Shown: positions 46,263 to 60,853 of the stretch, one piece after another
How the letters are laid out: each line of letters begins with the position of its first letter
How positions within the stretch are numbered: position 1 is the first letter of the stretch
DNA from: Chrysomallon squamiferum
Taxonomy: Eukaryota > Animalia > Mollusca
Length of the DNA: 64,000 nucleotides
Assembly (NCBI GenBank): GCA_012295275.1
Contig: CM022670.1
Span: forward strand, 15,252,001 to 15,316,000
Direction: 5' to 3'
The notes under the pieces: model-generated
Told to the model about the DNA's origin: nothing
Databases searched by the model: none
The model's input: only the letters and a program-made list of their open reading frames with translations
Made by a program: the position numbers and the translations under genes

Positions 46263-46691
46263 TTCAAGCTAAGAAACCTATTTATAAACTTGGTTTTACG
46301 TAAATACGTAAATTCGAGTGACATACTTTTTTTTTATTTTATTTTTTTTATAATTAGGTATAGTGGAATAAACCAGAATATGATTGGGGCATTGCCCTGT
46401 AATGGCAAGTGACGTCACACTTTATGCCACGCCTCTTTTCGGATGACATTTAATAACCCCACCTACTTCTTACTGAATATATACTACTGACTAATGTGAA
46501 GTATATTAATTAAGTTAAATATTTATTAAAAGTATCACACGAGCTCTAACATCTAAACATTTGGAACAAATCACTGCTGATTTCTTTCTAATCAAAAGCA
46601 TTCAGTTTGATTCTCGTCATACCACTACATTTTGTAGTAATTAAGAATAATTATAGTGATAATAGTAGTAGTGGTAGTGGTAGTAGTAATA

Positions 46692-46735
<44 letters not shown>

Positions 46736-46838
46736 ATGATAATGATGGTAATAATAATAATGATAACTACAGCAGCAACAGCAGCAGCAACAACAACAAC
46801 AACAACAACAATACTAATAATAATTAACACTTACGTTA

Positions 46839-47000
46839 TCAAAACCAGTATCCGCCATATCCGTATCCATAGTTGTTTATGAAAGGATAGCCTCCCCAAC
46901 CGTAGCCATAGAGACCGCCATATCCGTAACCAAGATATGTACTTGAAACAGAGGCAATCACCAGACACACCAACAAGAGAACAAGCAGAAATTTCATCAT
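46839..47000 (-). CDS. G4: secreted Gly/Tyr-rich peptide, 53 aa (MMKFLLVLLLVCLVIASVSS-TYLGYGYGGLYGYGWGGYPFINNYGYGYGGYWF)
   Basis: Inverted copy: TATA 47206-47199, exon 1 donor at 47126, acceptor 47009, ATG 47000, TGA 46841-46839, donor gtaagt at 46834; possible 3' exon from about 46587 with AATAAA 46527-46522. Confidence 0.9.
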   Translation of the reverse strand: MMKFLLVLLLVCLVIASVSSTYLGYGYGGLYGYGWGGYPFINNYGYGYGGYWF

Positions 47001-47434
47001 TTTGAACTCTGAAAATAAAGTAACATTTGTAAATTAATCACATATAACTATCGATGGTGTGAAGATAACTAAATAAAACAGATCTTTAAAGTGAAAGTTT
47101 TATGTTAAATAAAGTAAAATGCTTACGTTTTCCCTGAAGGATGAACACTTTCAAACAATGTCAGTGATGCGGGATGCTGTACGTTCTTCCAGCTCCTCTT
47201 TTTATACACAGAATCAGGCAGAAAACATTTTATTATATTTGACATCAAAAGTACTTTTCCGTATTTAAGATGAATCTGTAATTAAAATTACAAGAATGAC
47301 TAGTATGTGTGACCTTATTTGCTCTCAAAATACTGATTTATTGTTTTCACTTTGTATTACGAACTAGAGTAGAGGGGGTCACCTTGAACAGGTTTTGGCT
47401 CATTTTTTTTTTTTTTTTTTTTTTGAATTAATCT

Positions 47435-47465
<31 letters not shown>

Positions 47466-48962
47466 CATTCATTTCGTGCTTTTGACTTAATAAACTTGCA
47501 TACAAGAACCAAAACCCCCCCAAAAATCCTAAGTTAAATTATTTACGTTATAACTAGCTATATTTAATGTAAGTTCCAATGAGAGAGATTGAATTTACGA
47601 TTTACTTTTTATTAAAGAAAAGAGAAATGTTTAAAATTTATTACAAACTAGTCATAATTCTAGATTAAATATGAAGATGTAAAATGTAATGATAATTAAA
47701 AAATATCACAATAACAAAAAAACAAAAAAAAATTCTGATGACAGATAATTACTAATTTCCTACAGTTATCTTAATTATTTTGAAAATGTATTTCTATAAC
47801 TTAAAAAAATAGAGTTATTTCTATTCTGTTCTCTATTTTTTGATTATTATTACTATTGCTGTAGGTGTCACTGTTGTTGTTTTTATTTCTTTTTATTACT
47901 TTTTACTCTTCCATTTCTTTAATACAAGTTTCCATAGGACAAAAGTTTTTGTTGTACATTATAAATATATTTAAATCCGATTTTTTCCATTTCTGTTTTC
48001 TTGGCTGAAGATATTACGCAGTAGACTCAGGCTGGCTGTTTCCTCTGCAGTTTCTTTCTCCATTACTCTCTATCTGTTATTCTATCCATATTCATAAACA
48101 CTAGAATGAAATATATTATACTCAGACGCATATAAAAATATCCGAAAAAAACCCAGCCAAAAACACAAAAGAAAAAAAAGACGACAACAAAAGAAAGAAA
48201 AAAAAAAAAAAGAAACCGATAAAAAACAAATAGAAAACCAATCAAAGCAAAGAAGCAAATATAAACGTAGCATAAGGTTAAAAATAAGTAAATGTATGAA
48301 AAATAAATAAAAATCATAAGCCAAGGCGAAATTTTCTGTTCTCAATCTCTCGACAGAAAAAACTAAACAAAACAACAATAACAACAACAATTTTTTTTTT
48401 TTTTTTTTTTTTTTTTAAATATTCTTATTTTCAAATGATTATTGATTGAACTCTGAAATACTAAAAAATAAAAAAATTTGAATAAAAATAAGTTCATTGT
48501 TATTAAAAAAATAATAAATAAAAAAAAGAAAGAAAGAAAGAAAACAAAAGAAAATAAATAAATACTAATAAACTCTGTTGAAGGTGACTCTCTCCCTGAG
48601 AACGCAGTAGAAAATAAAATAATAAATCATTTCTAACGCGAGAAATCAGGTCAGATATTACATTCATTCTTCTAATTTTAATTACAGATTTATCTTAAAA
48701 ACGGAAAAGTACTTTTGAAGTCAAATATAATAAAATGTTTTCTGCAAGATTCTGGGTATAAAAAGAGGAGCTGGAAGAACGTACAGCATCCAGCATCACT
48801 GACATTGTTTGAAAGTGTTCATCCTTCAGGGAAAACGTAAGTGTTTTACTTTATTTAATATAAAACTTTTACTTTAAAGTTCTGTTTTATTCAGTTATGT
48901 TCACATCATTAATAGTTATATGTGGTTAATTTACAAATGTTACTTTATTTTCAGAGTTCAAA

Positions 48963-49474
48963 ATGATGAAATTTCTGCTTGTTTTCTTGTTGGTTTGTCT
49001 GGTGATTGCCTCTGTGTCAAGCCAATTCCTTGGTTACGGTTATGGCGGTCTCTATGGCTACGGCTGGGGCTACCCATACCTTAACGGATATGGCGGATAC
49101 TTGTATGGAAAAAGGTAAGTTATTTTTGTTGTTGTTGTTATTATTATTATTATATTAGCAGTAGTAATAGTAGTAGCAGTTGTTGCTGTTGTAGTGGTGG
49201 CGATGGTAATTATAGTGGTAATGGTGGAAGTAGTCGTAGCTGTTGCAGCATAGTAGTAGTATTAGCAATAGTAATAGCAGCAGTAATAGCATAACTGTAA
49301 TAAAATCATATATTGTTAGATTGTAAAATGTTTCTTCGGCATTATAAAATATTTCAACTGTAGAATCCTACAAAACATATTTCGATATGCAATGTATAAG
49401 ATAACTGTCTGTTTGCAGTATTTAATTATAAAAATATATTTGATTCTGATTCTTTTCTTTTTTTTAACAGGTGA
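48963..49474 (+). CDS. G5: secreted Gly/Tyr-rich peptide, 51 aa (MMKFLLVFLLVCLVIASVSS-QFLGYGYGGLYGYGWGYPYLNGYGGYLYGKR)
   Basis: join 48963-49114, 49471-49474 (AG|G TGA); TATA 48757; exon 1 ends 48836; AATAAA 49542. Confidence 0.92.
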
Positions 49475-49953
49475 AATGTTGCTGTGAATATTAAACAGAT
49501 GTTTACAACAGACGGATCCGTTTATGCCATGTTAAATACAGAATAAATTATTTCAGCAGACTTCTCTTGTTTGTCTTTTCAAATATTTATTTGATTATTA
49601 CTCACACATTAACAGATTTATTCAGCAACTTCGGATGGTTTAAAGTTTAGAAACGAAACTTCAGAAAATTATGTAAGAGAAATTTCGAGAGAAAAAAAAC
49701 ATTGTATTCAAAGAAAAACAAACAAACAAACAAAAAAATAATGAAAAATACAAAGAATCCAAGATTTTCATCTCAGCGATGTGGTTAGACCTCAAACGGT
49801 ATCCGCAGACCTAAACGAATTCGTATAGTGGATATTGTTTCTATCGGAGCAGAGATTTAGATTTTAGATTTTAAAAAAAAACAAAAAAAAACATTAATCA
49901 ATTTCGGTATGAGGCATTTGTCTCATTTGCCTCAATGTAGTTACGACCATGTA

Positions 49954-50013
<60 letters not shown>

Positions 50014-52149
50014 GATTTTAAAGAAAGAAAAAGTTCAAGAAATAAAAATTTATGTAAACTCTGTTTTTTCAAGTAACAAAGTTAAAAGGTTAAACATACC
50101 ATTCATTCTCGTAATTTTTGTTAAGAAAGAGACATGTTTTTTTTTTGTTTATCCAGTGAAGCATATTATTATTATTATTATTATTATTACTATTATTATT
50201 ATTATTATTATTTGTTTATTATTATTATTATTACTGTTGTTGTTGTTTTGTACTTTTAGTGTGTGTATATTTCCTTTTATTACTTTTTTCTCTCCCATCA
50301 TTTTAATACAAGGTGCAACATAATAAATATAAAGTAATTAAAAAGTATTTGATGTATATGATAAAAATATATCCTCTTTTTGTATGCTTTACTACGCAAT
50401 CTTTTTATATTCTAAACACTGCAATTTATTTCCCTCCTTAAATCTATAATATTATTTGTCGACACTGGAATAAAACAAAATATCTGGAACACAATTACTT
50501 AGACGCATGGATGTACATGTATAATCATATAAAAAAAAGTATCAGAGAAAACCAATAAAGAGTCAACAAAAAATAACAACAAAAGAAAAACCGCAACAAT
50601 AAACAAACAGACAAATATAAACGTAGCTTAGTGTTAGAATGTAAATATAAGTAAATCTATGAAAAATAAAAGAAATATCAGAAGCCAAGACAAACGTTTG
50701 CTGTCCTCAAAAGAAAATACAAATGTAAAAAAAGTATAACGCTGGACCAAATATAATTTTATTGCTATTTAAAAAAAACAAAAAACAAGAAAAAAAAAAA
50801 ACATTATTATTATTTTAAGGGAGAATTATTTGGAAATATACTCCAGTTTTTATTTTCTCTTTTCCCCAATTTGATTCATGACGTCTGACAGTTTGTTTAA
50901 TTTGAATAAATGTATGTCACCTATTTAACACAATTTTATTCTTCTACTTTTATAAATATTTGAAATAGCAATAGTGATGATGATACTACTACTAGCGGTT
51001 GTTTTGGTATTTAAAAGAAATGGTGCTACCTGATGTACAGTAGTACTAGCAGAAGTAATTCTGGTAATTGTACTAGTAGTTGTTGTAGTACCAGAAGTAG
51101 CGGTGTTAGTAGTGATAATAGTAGTAGTAGTTGTTGTTGTTCTTGTTGTTGTAAAGTAATAGTAGCTGTCGTAATGGAGCACTAGTACTTGTGATCAGTA
51201 TCAAACTGTTAAATTTTGTGAATAAATGTTGGTGTTATTTAATGGATACAGAGAACTTGGGACACCATAAATGTATATTTCAGAATAAAAATAATTCATT
51301 ATTAATTTATTCATTCTAACCTTTTTTGCAAATGGCTCGTCTTAATATATACCATAACATCCTTTCGATATTCATAAAAATAAAAATAAAAAAATAAAAA
51401 AATAAAAAAATAAAATAAAATAAATAAAATAAATAAATAAATAAGCATTAAGAATAAAATAAAAGACAGAAAGAAAAAATAAATGAAAATAAATAAATAC
51501 TAATAAACTGTGTTGAAGGTGACTCTCTCCCTGAGAACGCAGTAGAAATAAAATAATAAATCATTTCTAACGCGAAAAATCAGGTCAGATATTATATTTG
51601 TTCTCGTATTTGTAAAATACAGTAGCTGTTGCATTAGTTCCCTTCACTTTAATATAAGGTGCCACATAATTAACTATAAAGTAATTAAAGAGCATTTGAT
51701 CTACATCATAAAACCATATTTAAATTAACATTTTCCTCGTTTTGCAAGCTCTGTTGAAGATACGTTTAAATCACTACGCAGCTGGTTTTTCTCTGACCAC
51801 TGGAATAAATAAATAATTAGCTCTGCAGTTTAGTTCCCCGTTTGTCTGTATACCCTGAAATCCATAATATTATTTGTCGACATTCGAATCAAATATAACG
51901 TATGGAACATAATTACTTAGACGGATAAAGAAAAATATCAGAGAAAACCAATAAAGAAACAACAGAAACAAACAAGTAAAACAACAATAACAACAAACAA
52001 ACAGGCAAATATAAACGTAGCTTAGTGTCATAAAGCAAATATAAGTAAGTGTATGAAAAATAAAATAAATATCAGAAACCAAGACAAAATTTTACTGTTC
52101 TCAATCTCTCAAAAGAGAAAACAAGAGTTAAAAAAAAAAAAAAAAAAAA

Positions 52150-52183
<34 letters not shown>

Positions 52184-53220
52184 TAAAAAATAAATAAATA
52201 TAACGCTTGACTAATTATAATATCATCCCTATTTTTTTTTCTTCTGATTTTAAGGGAGAATTATAATACAAATATACACTTTACAACAGTTTGATAGCAG
52301 TAGTATATGTGAATAGTATCAAACTTTTGTAAATTAGTTAAATCTTGTGAATAATTTATGGTGTTAATAGATACAGAGAACTTGGGAAACCATGAATTAA
52401 TATTTCAAATTCAAAAAATTCATGACTATTTTTTTCATGCTAATCTATTTCTATGTTTGCAAACGGCTTGTTTTAGTAAAATACCATAATATCCTTTCGA
52501 TAGTTATACAAATAAAAAATAAAATAAAATAAAATAAATAAAATAAAATAAATAAAATAATAAATATTTAAAATAAAAAAAGAATCAGACAAAGAAAGAA
52601 AACAAAAGAAAATAAATAAATAAATAATGATGATGATGATGATGAACATAACAGTAATAAGGATAATGATGATGATGATGACTAATAACAACAATAATAA
52701 TAATAAAGATAATAAAAATAGCAATAATAATCATAACGATGATATTAATTAAAAAACATTTAAAAAAAAAAAAAATAGAGAAACAAAACAAAACAAAACA
52801 AAATAATAAATACTAATAAACTCTGTTGAAGGTGACTCTCTCCCTGGGAACGCAGTAGAAAATAAAATAATAAATCATTTCTAACGCGAGAAATCAGGTC
52901 AGATATTACATTCATTCTTCTAATTTTAATTACAGATTTATCTTGAAAACGGAAACAGTACAACTAAAGTCAAATATCATGGACATGATAAAATGTTTTC
53001 TGCAAGAGTCTGTGTATAAAAAGAGGAGCTGGAAGAACGTACAGCATCCAGCATCACTGACATTGTTTGAAAGTGTTCATCCTTCAGGGAAAACGTAAGT
53101 GTTTTACTTTATTTAACATAAAACTTTCACTTTAAAGTTCGGTTTTATTTAGTTATGTTCACATCATTAATAGTTATATGTGATTAATTTACAAATGTTA
53201 CTTCATTTTCAGAGTTCAAA

Positions 53221-53724
53221 ATGATGAAATTTCTGCTTGTTTTCTTGTTGGTTTGTCTGGTGATTGCCTCTGTGTCAAGCCAATTCCTTGGTTACGGTTA
53301 TGGCGGTCTCTATGGCTACGGCTGGGGCTACCCATACCTTAACGGATATGGCGGATACTTGTATGGAAAAAGGTAAGTTATTTTTGTTGTTGTTGTTATT
53401 ATTATTATTATATTAGCAGTAGTAATAGAAGTAGCAGTTGTTGCTGTTGTAGTGGTGGCGATGGTAATTATAGTGGTAATGGTGGAAGTAGCCGTAGCTG
53501 TAGTAGTATTAGCAATAGTAATAACAACAGCAGTAGTAGCACAACTGTAATAAAATCATATATTGTTAGATTGTAAAATGTTTCTTCGGCATTATAAAAT
53601 ATTTCAACTGTAGAATCCTAGAAAACATATTTCGATATGCAATGTGTAAGATAACTGTCTGTTTGCAGTATTTAATTATAAAAATATATTTGATTCTGAT
53701 TCTTTTCTTTTTTTTAACAGGTGA
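53221..53724 (+). CDS. G6: secreted Gly/Tyr-rich peptide, 51 aa, same protein as G5
   Basis: join 53221-53372, 53721-53724; TATA 53015; exon 1 ends 53094. Confidence 0.92.
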
Positions 53725-54203
53725 AATGTTGCTGTGAAAATTAAACAGATGATTACAACAGACTGATCCGTTTATGCCATGTTAAATACAGAATAAATTA
53801 TTTCAGCAGACTTCTCTTGTTTGTCTTTTTAAATATTTATTTGATTATTACTCACACATTAACAGATTTATTCAGCAACTTCGGATGGTTTAAAGTTTAG
53901 AAACGAAACTTCAGAAAATTATGTAAGAGAAAGTTCGAGAGAAAAAGAAATTTGTATTTAAAGAAAAACAAACAAACAAACAAAAAAAATAATGAAAAAT
54001 ACAAAGAATCCAAGATTTTCATCTCAGCGATGTGGTTAGACCTCAAACGGTAACCGCAGACCTAAACGAATTCGTATAGTGGATATTGTTTCTATCGGAG
54101 CAGAGATTTAGATTTTAGATTTAAAAAAACCCAAAAAAAAACATCCTTCAATTTCGGTATGAGGCATTTGTCTCATTTGCCTCGATGTAGTTACGACCAT
54201 GTA

Positions 54204-54257
<54 letters not shown>

Positions 54258-55684
54258 GATTTTAAAGAAAGAAAAAGTTCAAGAAATAAAAATGTATGTA
54301 AACTCTGTTTTTTCAAGTAACAAAGTTAAAAGGTTAAACATATCATTCATTCTCGTAATTTGTGTTAAGAAATAGACATTTTTTGTTTGTTTATCCAGTG
54401 AAGCATATTATTATTATTATTACTATTATTAGCATTATTATTATTGTTGTTGTTGTTGTTGTTGTTTTGTACTTTTAGTGTGTGTATATTTCCATTTATT
54501 ACTTTTTCTCTCCCATCACCTTAATACAAGATGCCACAAAATAAATATAAAGTAATTAAAAAGTATATGATGTATATCATAAAAATATTTTCACATTTTC
54601 CTCTTTTTGTATGCTTTACTACGCAATCTTTTTATATTCTAAACACTGCAATTTATTTCCCTCGTTAAATCTATAATATTATTTGTCGACACTGGAATAA
54701 AACAAAATGTCTGGAACACAATTACTTAGACGCATGGATGTACACGTATAATCATATAAATAAAAGTATCAGAGAAAACCAATAAAGAGTCAACAAAAAA
54801 TAACAACAAAAGAAAAACAGCAACAATAAACAAACAGACAAATATAAACGTAGCTTAGTGTTAGAATGTAAATATAAGTAAATCTATGAAAAATAAAAAA
54901 AATATCAGAAGCCAAGACAAACGTTTACTGTCCTCAAAAGAAAAATCAAATGTAAAAAAAGTATAACGCTGGACGAAATATAATTTTATTGCTATTTAAA
55001 AAAAAAAAAAAAACATTTATTATTATTTTAAGGGAGAATTATTTGGAAATAAACTCCAGTTTTTATTTTCTCTTTTCCCCAGTTTGATTCATGACGTCTG
55101 ACAGTTTGTTTAATTTGAATAAATGTATGTTACCTATTTAACACAGTTTTCTTCTTCTACTTTTATAAATATTTGAAATAGCAATAGTGATGATGATACT
55201 ACTACTAGCGTTTGTTTTTGGTATTTAAAAGAAATGGTGCTACCTGATATATAGTAGTACTAGCAGAAGTAATTCTGGTAATTGTACTAGTAGTTGTTAT
55301 AGTACCAGAAGTAGCGGTGTTAGTAGTGATAGTAGTAGTAGTAGTTGTTGTTGTTCTTGTTGTTGTAAAGTAATAGTAGCTGTCGTAATGGAGCACTAGT
55401 ACTTGTGATCAGTATCAAACTGTTAAATTTTGTGAATAAATGTTGGTGTTATTTAATGGATACAGAGAACTTGGGACACCATAAATGTATATTTCAGAAT
55501 AAAAATAATTCATTATTAATTTATTCATTCTAACCTTTTTTGCAAATGGCTCGTCTTAATATATACCATAACATCCTTTCGATATTCATAAAAATAAAAA
55601 TAAAATAAAAGAATACAAAAGAAAATAAATAAATACTGATGATGATGATGGTGATAATAACAATAATAACAATAATAAAAATAA

Positions 55685-55715
<31 letters not shown>

Positions 55716-56411
55716 TAAATAAGCATTAAGAATAAAATAAAAGACAGAAAGAAAAAATAAATGAAAATAAATAAACACTAATAAACTGTGTTGAAGGTGA
55801 CTCTCTCCCTGAGAACGCAGTAGAAATAAAATAATAAATCATTTCTAAGTCGAAAAATCAGGTCAGATATTATATTTGTTCTCGTATTTGTAAAATACAG
55901 TAGCTGTTGCATTAGTTCCCTTCACTTTAATATAAGGTGCCACATAATTAAATATAAAGTAATTAAAGAGCATTTGATCTACATCATAAAACCATATTTA
56001 AATTAACATTTTCCTCGTTTTGCAAGCTCTGTTGAAGATACGTTTAAATCACTACGCAGCTGGTTTTTCTCTGACCACTGGAATAAATAAATAATTAGCT
56101 CTGCAATTTAGTTCCCCGTTTGTCTGTATACCCGAAATCCATAATATTATTTGTCGACATTCGAATCAAATATAACGTATGGAACATAATTACTTAGACG
56201 GATAAAGAAAAATATGAGAGAAAACCAATAAAGAAACAACAGAAACAAACAAGTAAAACAACAATAACAACAAACAAACAGGCAAATATAAACGTAGCTT
56301 AGTGTCATAAAGCAAATATAAGTAAGTGTATGAAAAATAAAATAAATATCAGAAACCAAGACAAAATTTTACTGTTCTCAGTCTCTCAAAAGAGAAAACA
56401 AGTGTTTTAAA

Positions 56412-56487
<76 letters not shown>

Positions 56488-57441
56488 AATATTTTTTTTT
56501 AACGCTGGACTAATTATAATATCATCCCTATTTTCTTCTGATTTTAAGGGAGAATTATAATACAGATATACACTTTACTACAGTTTGATAGTAGTAGTGT
56601 TTGTGAATAGTATCAAACTTTTGTAAATTAATTAAATCTTGTGTATAATGTATGGTGTTAATAGATACAGAGAACTTGAAAAACCATGAATTAATATTTC
56701 AAAATCAAATTAATACTTTTTTCATTCTAATCTATTTCTATGCTTTAAAGACGGCTCGTTTTAGTAAAATACCATAATATCCTTTCGATATTTATACAAA
56801 TATAAAATAAAATAAAATAAAATAAAATAAATAAATATATAAATAATGATGTTGATGATGATGATGATAATAACAGTAATAAGGATAATGATGATGATGA
56901 TGACAGTAACAACAACAGTAATAATAATAATAAAGATAATAACAATAACAATCATAATCATAATCCTGATAATAATTAAATAAGAATTAAGAATAAAATA
57001 AAAGACAGAAGAAAAAACAAAACAAAATAACAAATACTAATAAACTGTGTTGAAGGTGACTCTCTCCCTGAGAACGCAGTAGAAAAAATAATAAATCATT
57101 TCTAACGCGAAAAATCAGGTCAGATATTACATTCATTCTTCTAATTTTAATTACAGATTTATCTTAAAAACGGAAACAGTGCAACTAAAGTCAAATATCA
57201 CGGACATGATAAAATGTTTTCTGCAAGATTCTGTGTATAAAAAGAGGAGCTGGAAGAAGGTACAGCATCCAGCATCACTGACATTGTTTGAAAGTGTTCA
57301 TCCTTCAGGGAAAACGTAAGTGTTTTATTTTATTTAACATAAAACTTTCACTTTAAAGTTCGGTTTTACTTAGTTATCTTCACATCATCGATAGTTATAT
57401 GTGATTAATTTACAAATGTTACTTCATTTTCAGAGTTCAAA

Positions 57442-57958
57442 ATGATGAAATTTCTGCTTGTTTTCTTGTTGGTGTGTTTGGTGATTGCCTCTGTTTCAAG
57501 CCAATTCCTTGGTTACGGTTATGGCGGTCTCTATGGCTACGGCTGGGGCTACCCATACTTTAACGGATATGGCGGATACTTGTATGGAAAAAGGTAAGTT
57601 ATTTTTGTTGTTGTTGTTATTATTATTATTATATTAGCAGTAGTCATAGTAGTAGCAGTTGTTGCTGTTGTAGTGGTGGCGATGGTAATTATAGTGGTAA
57701 TGGTGGAAGTAGTCGTAGCTGTTGCAGCATAGTAGTAGTATTAGCAATAGTAATAACAACAGCAGTAGTAGCACAACTGTAATAAAATCATATATTGTTA
57801 GATTGTAAAATGTTTCTTCGGCATTATAAAATATTTCAACTGTAGAATCCTACAAAACGTATTTCGATATGGAATGTGTAAGATAACTGTCTGTTTGCAG
57901 TATTTAATTACAAAAATGTATTTGATTCTGATTCTTTTTTCTTTTTTTTAACAGGTGA
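57442..57958 (+). CDS. G7: secreted Gly/Tyr-rich peptide, 51 aa (variant ...YPYFNGYGGYLYGKR)
   Basis: join 57442-57593, 57955-57958; TATA 57236; exon 1 ends 57315. Confidence 0.92.
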
Positions 57959-58440
57959 AATGTTGCTGTGAAAATTAAACAGATGATTACAACAGACGGA
58001 TCCGTTTATGCCATGTTAAATACAGAATAAATTATTTCAGCAGACTTCTCTTGTTTGTCTTTTCAAATATTTATTTGATTATTACTCACACATTAACAGA
58101 TTTATTCAGCAACTTCGGATGGTTTAAAGTTTAGAAACGAAACTTCAGAAAATTATGTAAGAGAAAGTTCGAGAGAAAAAGAAATTTGTATTTAAAGAAA
58201 AACAAACAAACAAACAAAAAAATAATGAAAAATACAAAGAATCCAAGATTTTCATCTCAGCGATGTGGTTAGACCTCAAACGGTATCCGCAGACCTAAAC
58301 GAATTCGTATAGTGGATATTGTTTCTATCGGAGCAGAGATTTCGATTTTAGATTAAAAAAAAACAAAAAAAAAAAAAACATCCATAAATTTCGGTATGAG
58401 GCATTTGTCTCATTTGCCTCAATGTAGTTACGACCATGTA

Positions 58441-58509
<69 letters not shown>

Positions 58510-59876
58510 GATTTTAAAGAAAGAAAAAGTTCAAGAAATAAAAAATTTATGTAAACTGTTTTTTCAAGTAACAAAGTTAAAAGGTTAAACATATCATTCA
58601 TTCTCGTAATTTTTGTTAAGAAAGAGACATGTTTTTTGTTTTGTTTATCCAGTGAAGCATATTATTATTATTATTATTATTACTATTATTATTATTATTA
58701 TTATTTGTTTATTATTATTATTATTGTTGTTGTTGTTTTGTACTTTTAGTGTGTGTATATTTCCTTTTATTACTTTTTTCTCTCCCATCATTTTAATACA
58801 AGGTGCAACATAATAAATATAAAGTAATTAAAAAGTATATGATGTATATCATAACAAATATATCCTCTTTTTGTATGCTTTACTAAGCAGTCTTTTTATA
58901 TTCTAAACACTGCAATTTACTTCCCTCCTTAAATCCGTAATATTATTTTCGACACTGGAACCAAGCAAAATGTCTGGAACACAATTACTTAGACGCATGG
59001 ATGTACACGTATAATCATATAAATAAAAGTATCAGAGAAAACCAATAAAAAGTCAACAAAAAATAACAACAAAAGAAAAACAGCAACAATAAACAAACAG
59101 ACAAATATAAACGTAGCTTAGTGTTAGAATGTAAATATAAGTAAATCTATGAAAAATAAAAGAAATATCAGAAGCCAGAAGAAATATCAGAAGAAAGAAA
59201 AAATAAATGAAAATAAATAAACACTAATAAACTGTGTTGAAGGTGACTCTCTCCCTGAGAACGCAGTAGAAATAAAATAATAAATCATTTCTAACGCGAA
59301 AAATCAGGTCAGATATTATATTTGTTCTCGTATTTGTAAAATACAGTAGTTGTTGCATTAGTTCCCTTCACTTTAATATAAGGTGCCACATAATTAAATA
59401 TAAAGTAATTAAAGAGCATTTGAACTACATCATAAAAATATATTTAAATTAACATTTTCCTCGTTTTGCAAGCTCTGTTGAAGATACGTTTAAATCACTA
59501 CGCAGCTGGTTTTTCTCTGACCACTGGAATAAATAAATAATTAGCTCTGCAATTTAGTTCCCCGTTTGTCTGTATACCCGAAATCCATAATATTATTTGT
59601 AGACGTTCGAATCGAATATAACGTATGGAACATAATTACTTAGACGGATAAAGAAAAATATTAGAGAAAACCATAAGAAACAACAGAAACAAACAAGTGA
59701 AACAACAATAACAACAAACAAACAGGCAAATATAAACGTAGCTTAGTGTCATAAAGCAAATATAAGTAAGTGTATGAAAAATAAAATAAATATCAGAAAC
59801 ACAGACAAAATTTTACTGTTCTCAGTCTCTCAAAAGAGAAAACAAGTGTTAAAAAAAAAAATGAAAAAAAATATAA

Positions 59877-59921
<45 letters not shown>

Positions 59922-60853
59922 AATAAATAAATATAACGCTTGACTAATTGTAATATCATCCCTATTTTTTTTTCTTCTGATTTTAAGGGAGAATTATAAT
60001 ACAGATATACACTTTACTACAGTTTGATAGTAGTAGTATTTGTGAATAGTATCAAACTTTTGTAAATTAGTTAAATCTTGTGTATAATGTATGGTGTTAA
60101 TAGATACAGAGAACTTGAAAAACCATGAATTAATATTTCAAAATCAAATTAATACATGACGGCTCGTTTTAGTAAAATACCATAATATCTTTTCGATATT
60201 TATACAAATAAAAAATAAAATAAAATAAAATAAAATAAAATAAAATAAATAAATAAATATATAAATAATGATGATGATAATAATAACAGTAATAAGGATA
60301 ATGATGATGATGATAGTAACAACAACAAAAATAATAATAATAAAGATAATAAGAATAACAATAATAATCATCACGATGATAATAATTAAACTAGAATAAA
60401 AGAATAAAATAAAAGACAGAAAGAAAAAACAAAACAAAATAATAAATACTAATAAACTGTGTTGAAGGTGACTCTCTCCCTGAGAACGCAGTAGAAAAAA
60501 TAATAAATCATTTCTAACGCGAAAAATCAGGTCAGATATTACATTCATTCTTCTAATTTTAATTACAGATTTATCTTAAAAACGGAAACAGTGCAACTAA
60601 AGTCAGATATCACGGACATGATAAAATGTTTTCTGCAAGATTCTGGGTATAAAAAGACGAGCTGGAAGAACGTACAGCATCCAGCATCACTGACATTGTT
60701 TGAAAGTGTTCATCCTTCAGGGAAAACGTAAGTATTTTATTTTATTTAACATAAAACTTTCACTTTAAAGTTCGGTTTTATTTAGTTATGTTCACATCAT
60801 TAATAGTTATATGTGATTAATTTACAAATGTTACTTTATTTTCAGAGTTCAAA

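Noticed and set aside
49910-49934. TGAGGCA...TGCCTCA hairpin repeated in each unit (terminator or MITE end?)
   Set aside because: Only a 7-bp stem; its recurrence is explained by the segmental duplication, and no TSD or element body is visible.
51870-52082. 70-aa ORF repeated identically at 56147-56359 (likewise 50925-51182 / 55205-55396)
   Set aside because: Low-complexity spacer copied by the recent duplication; the homologous third copy has an indel or is deleted.
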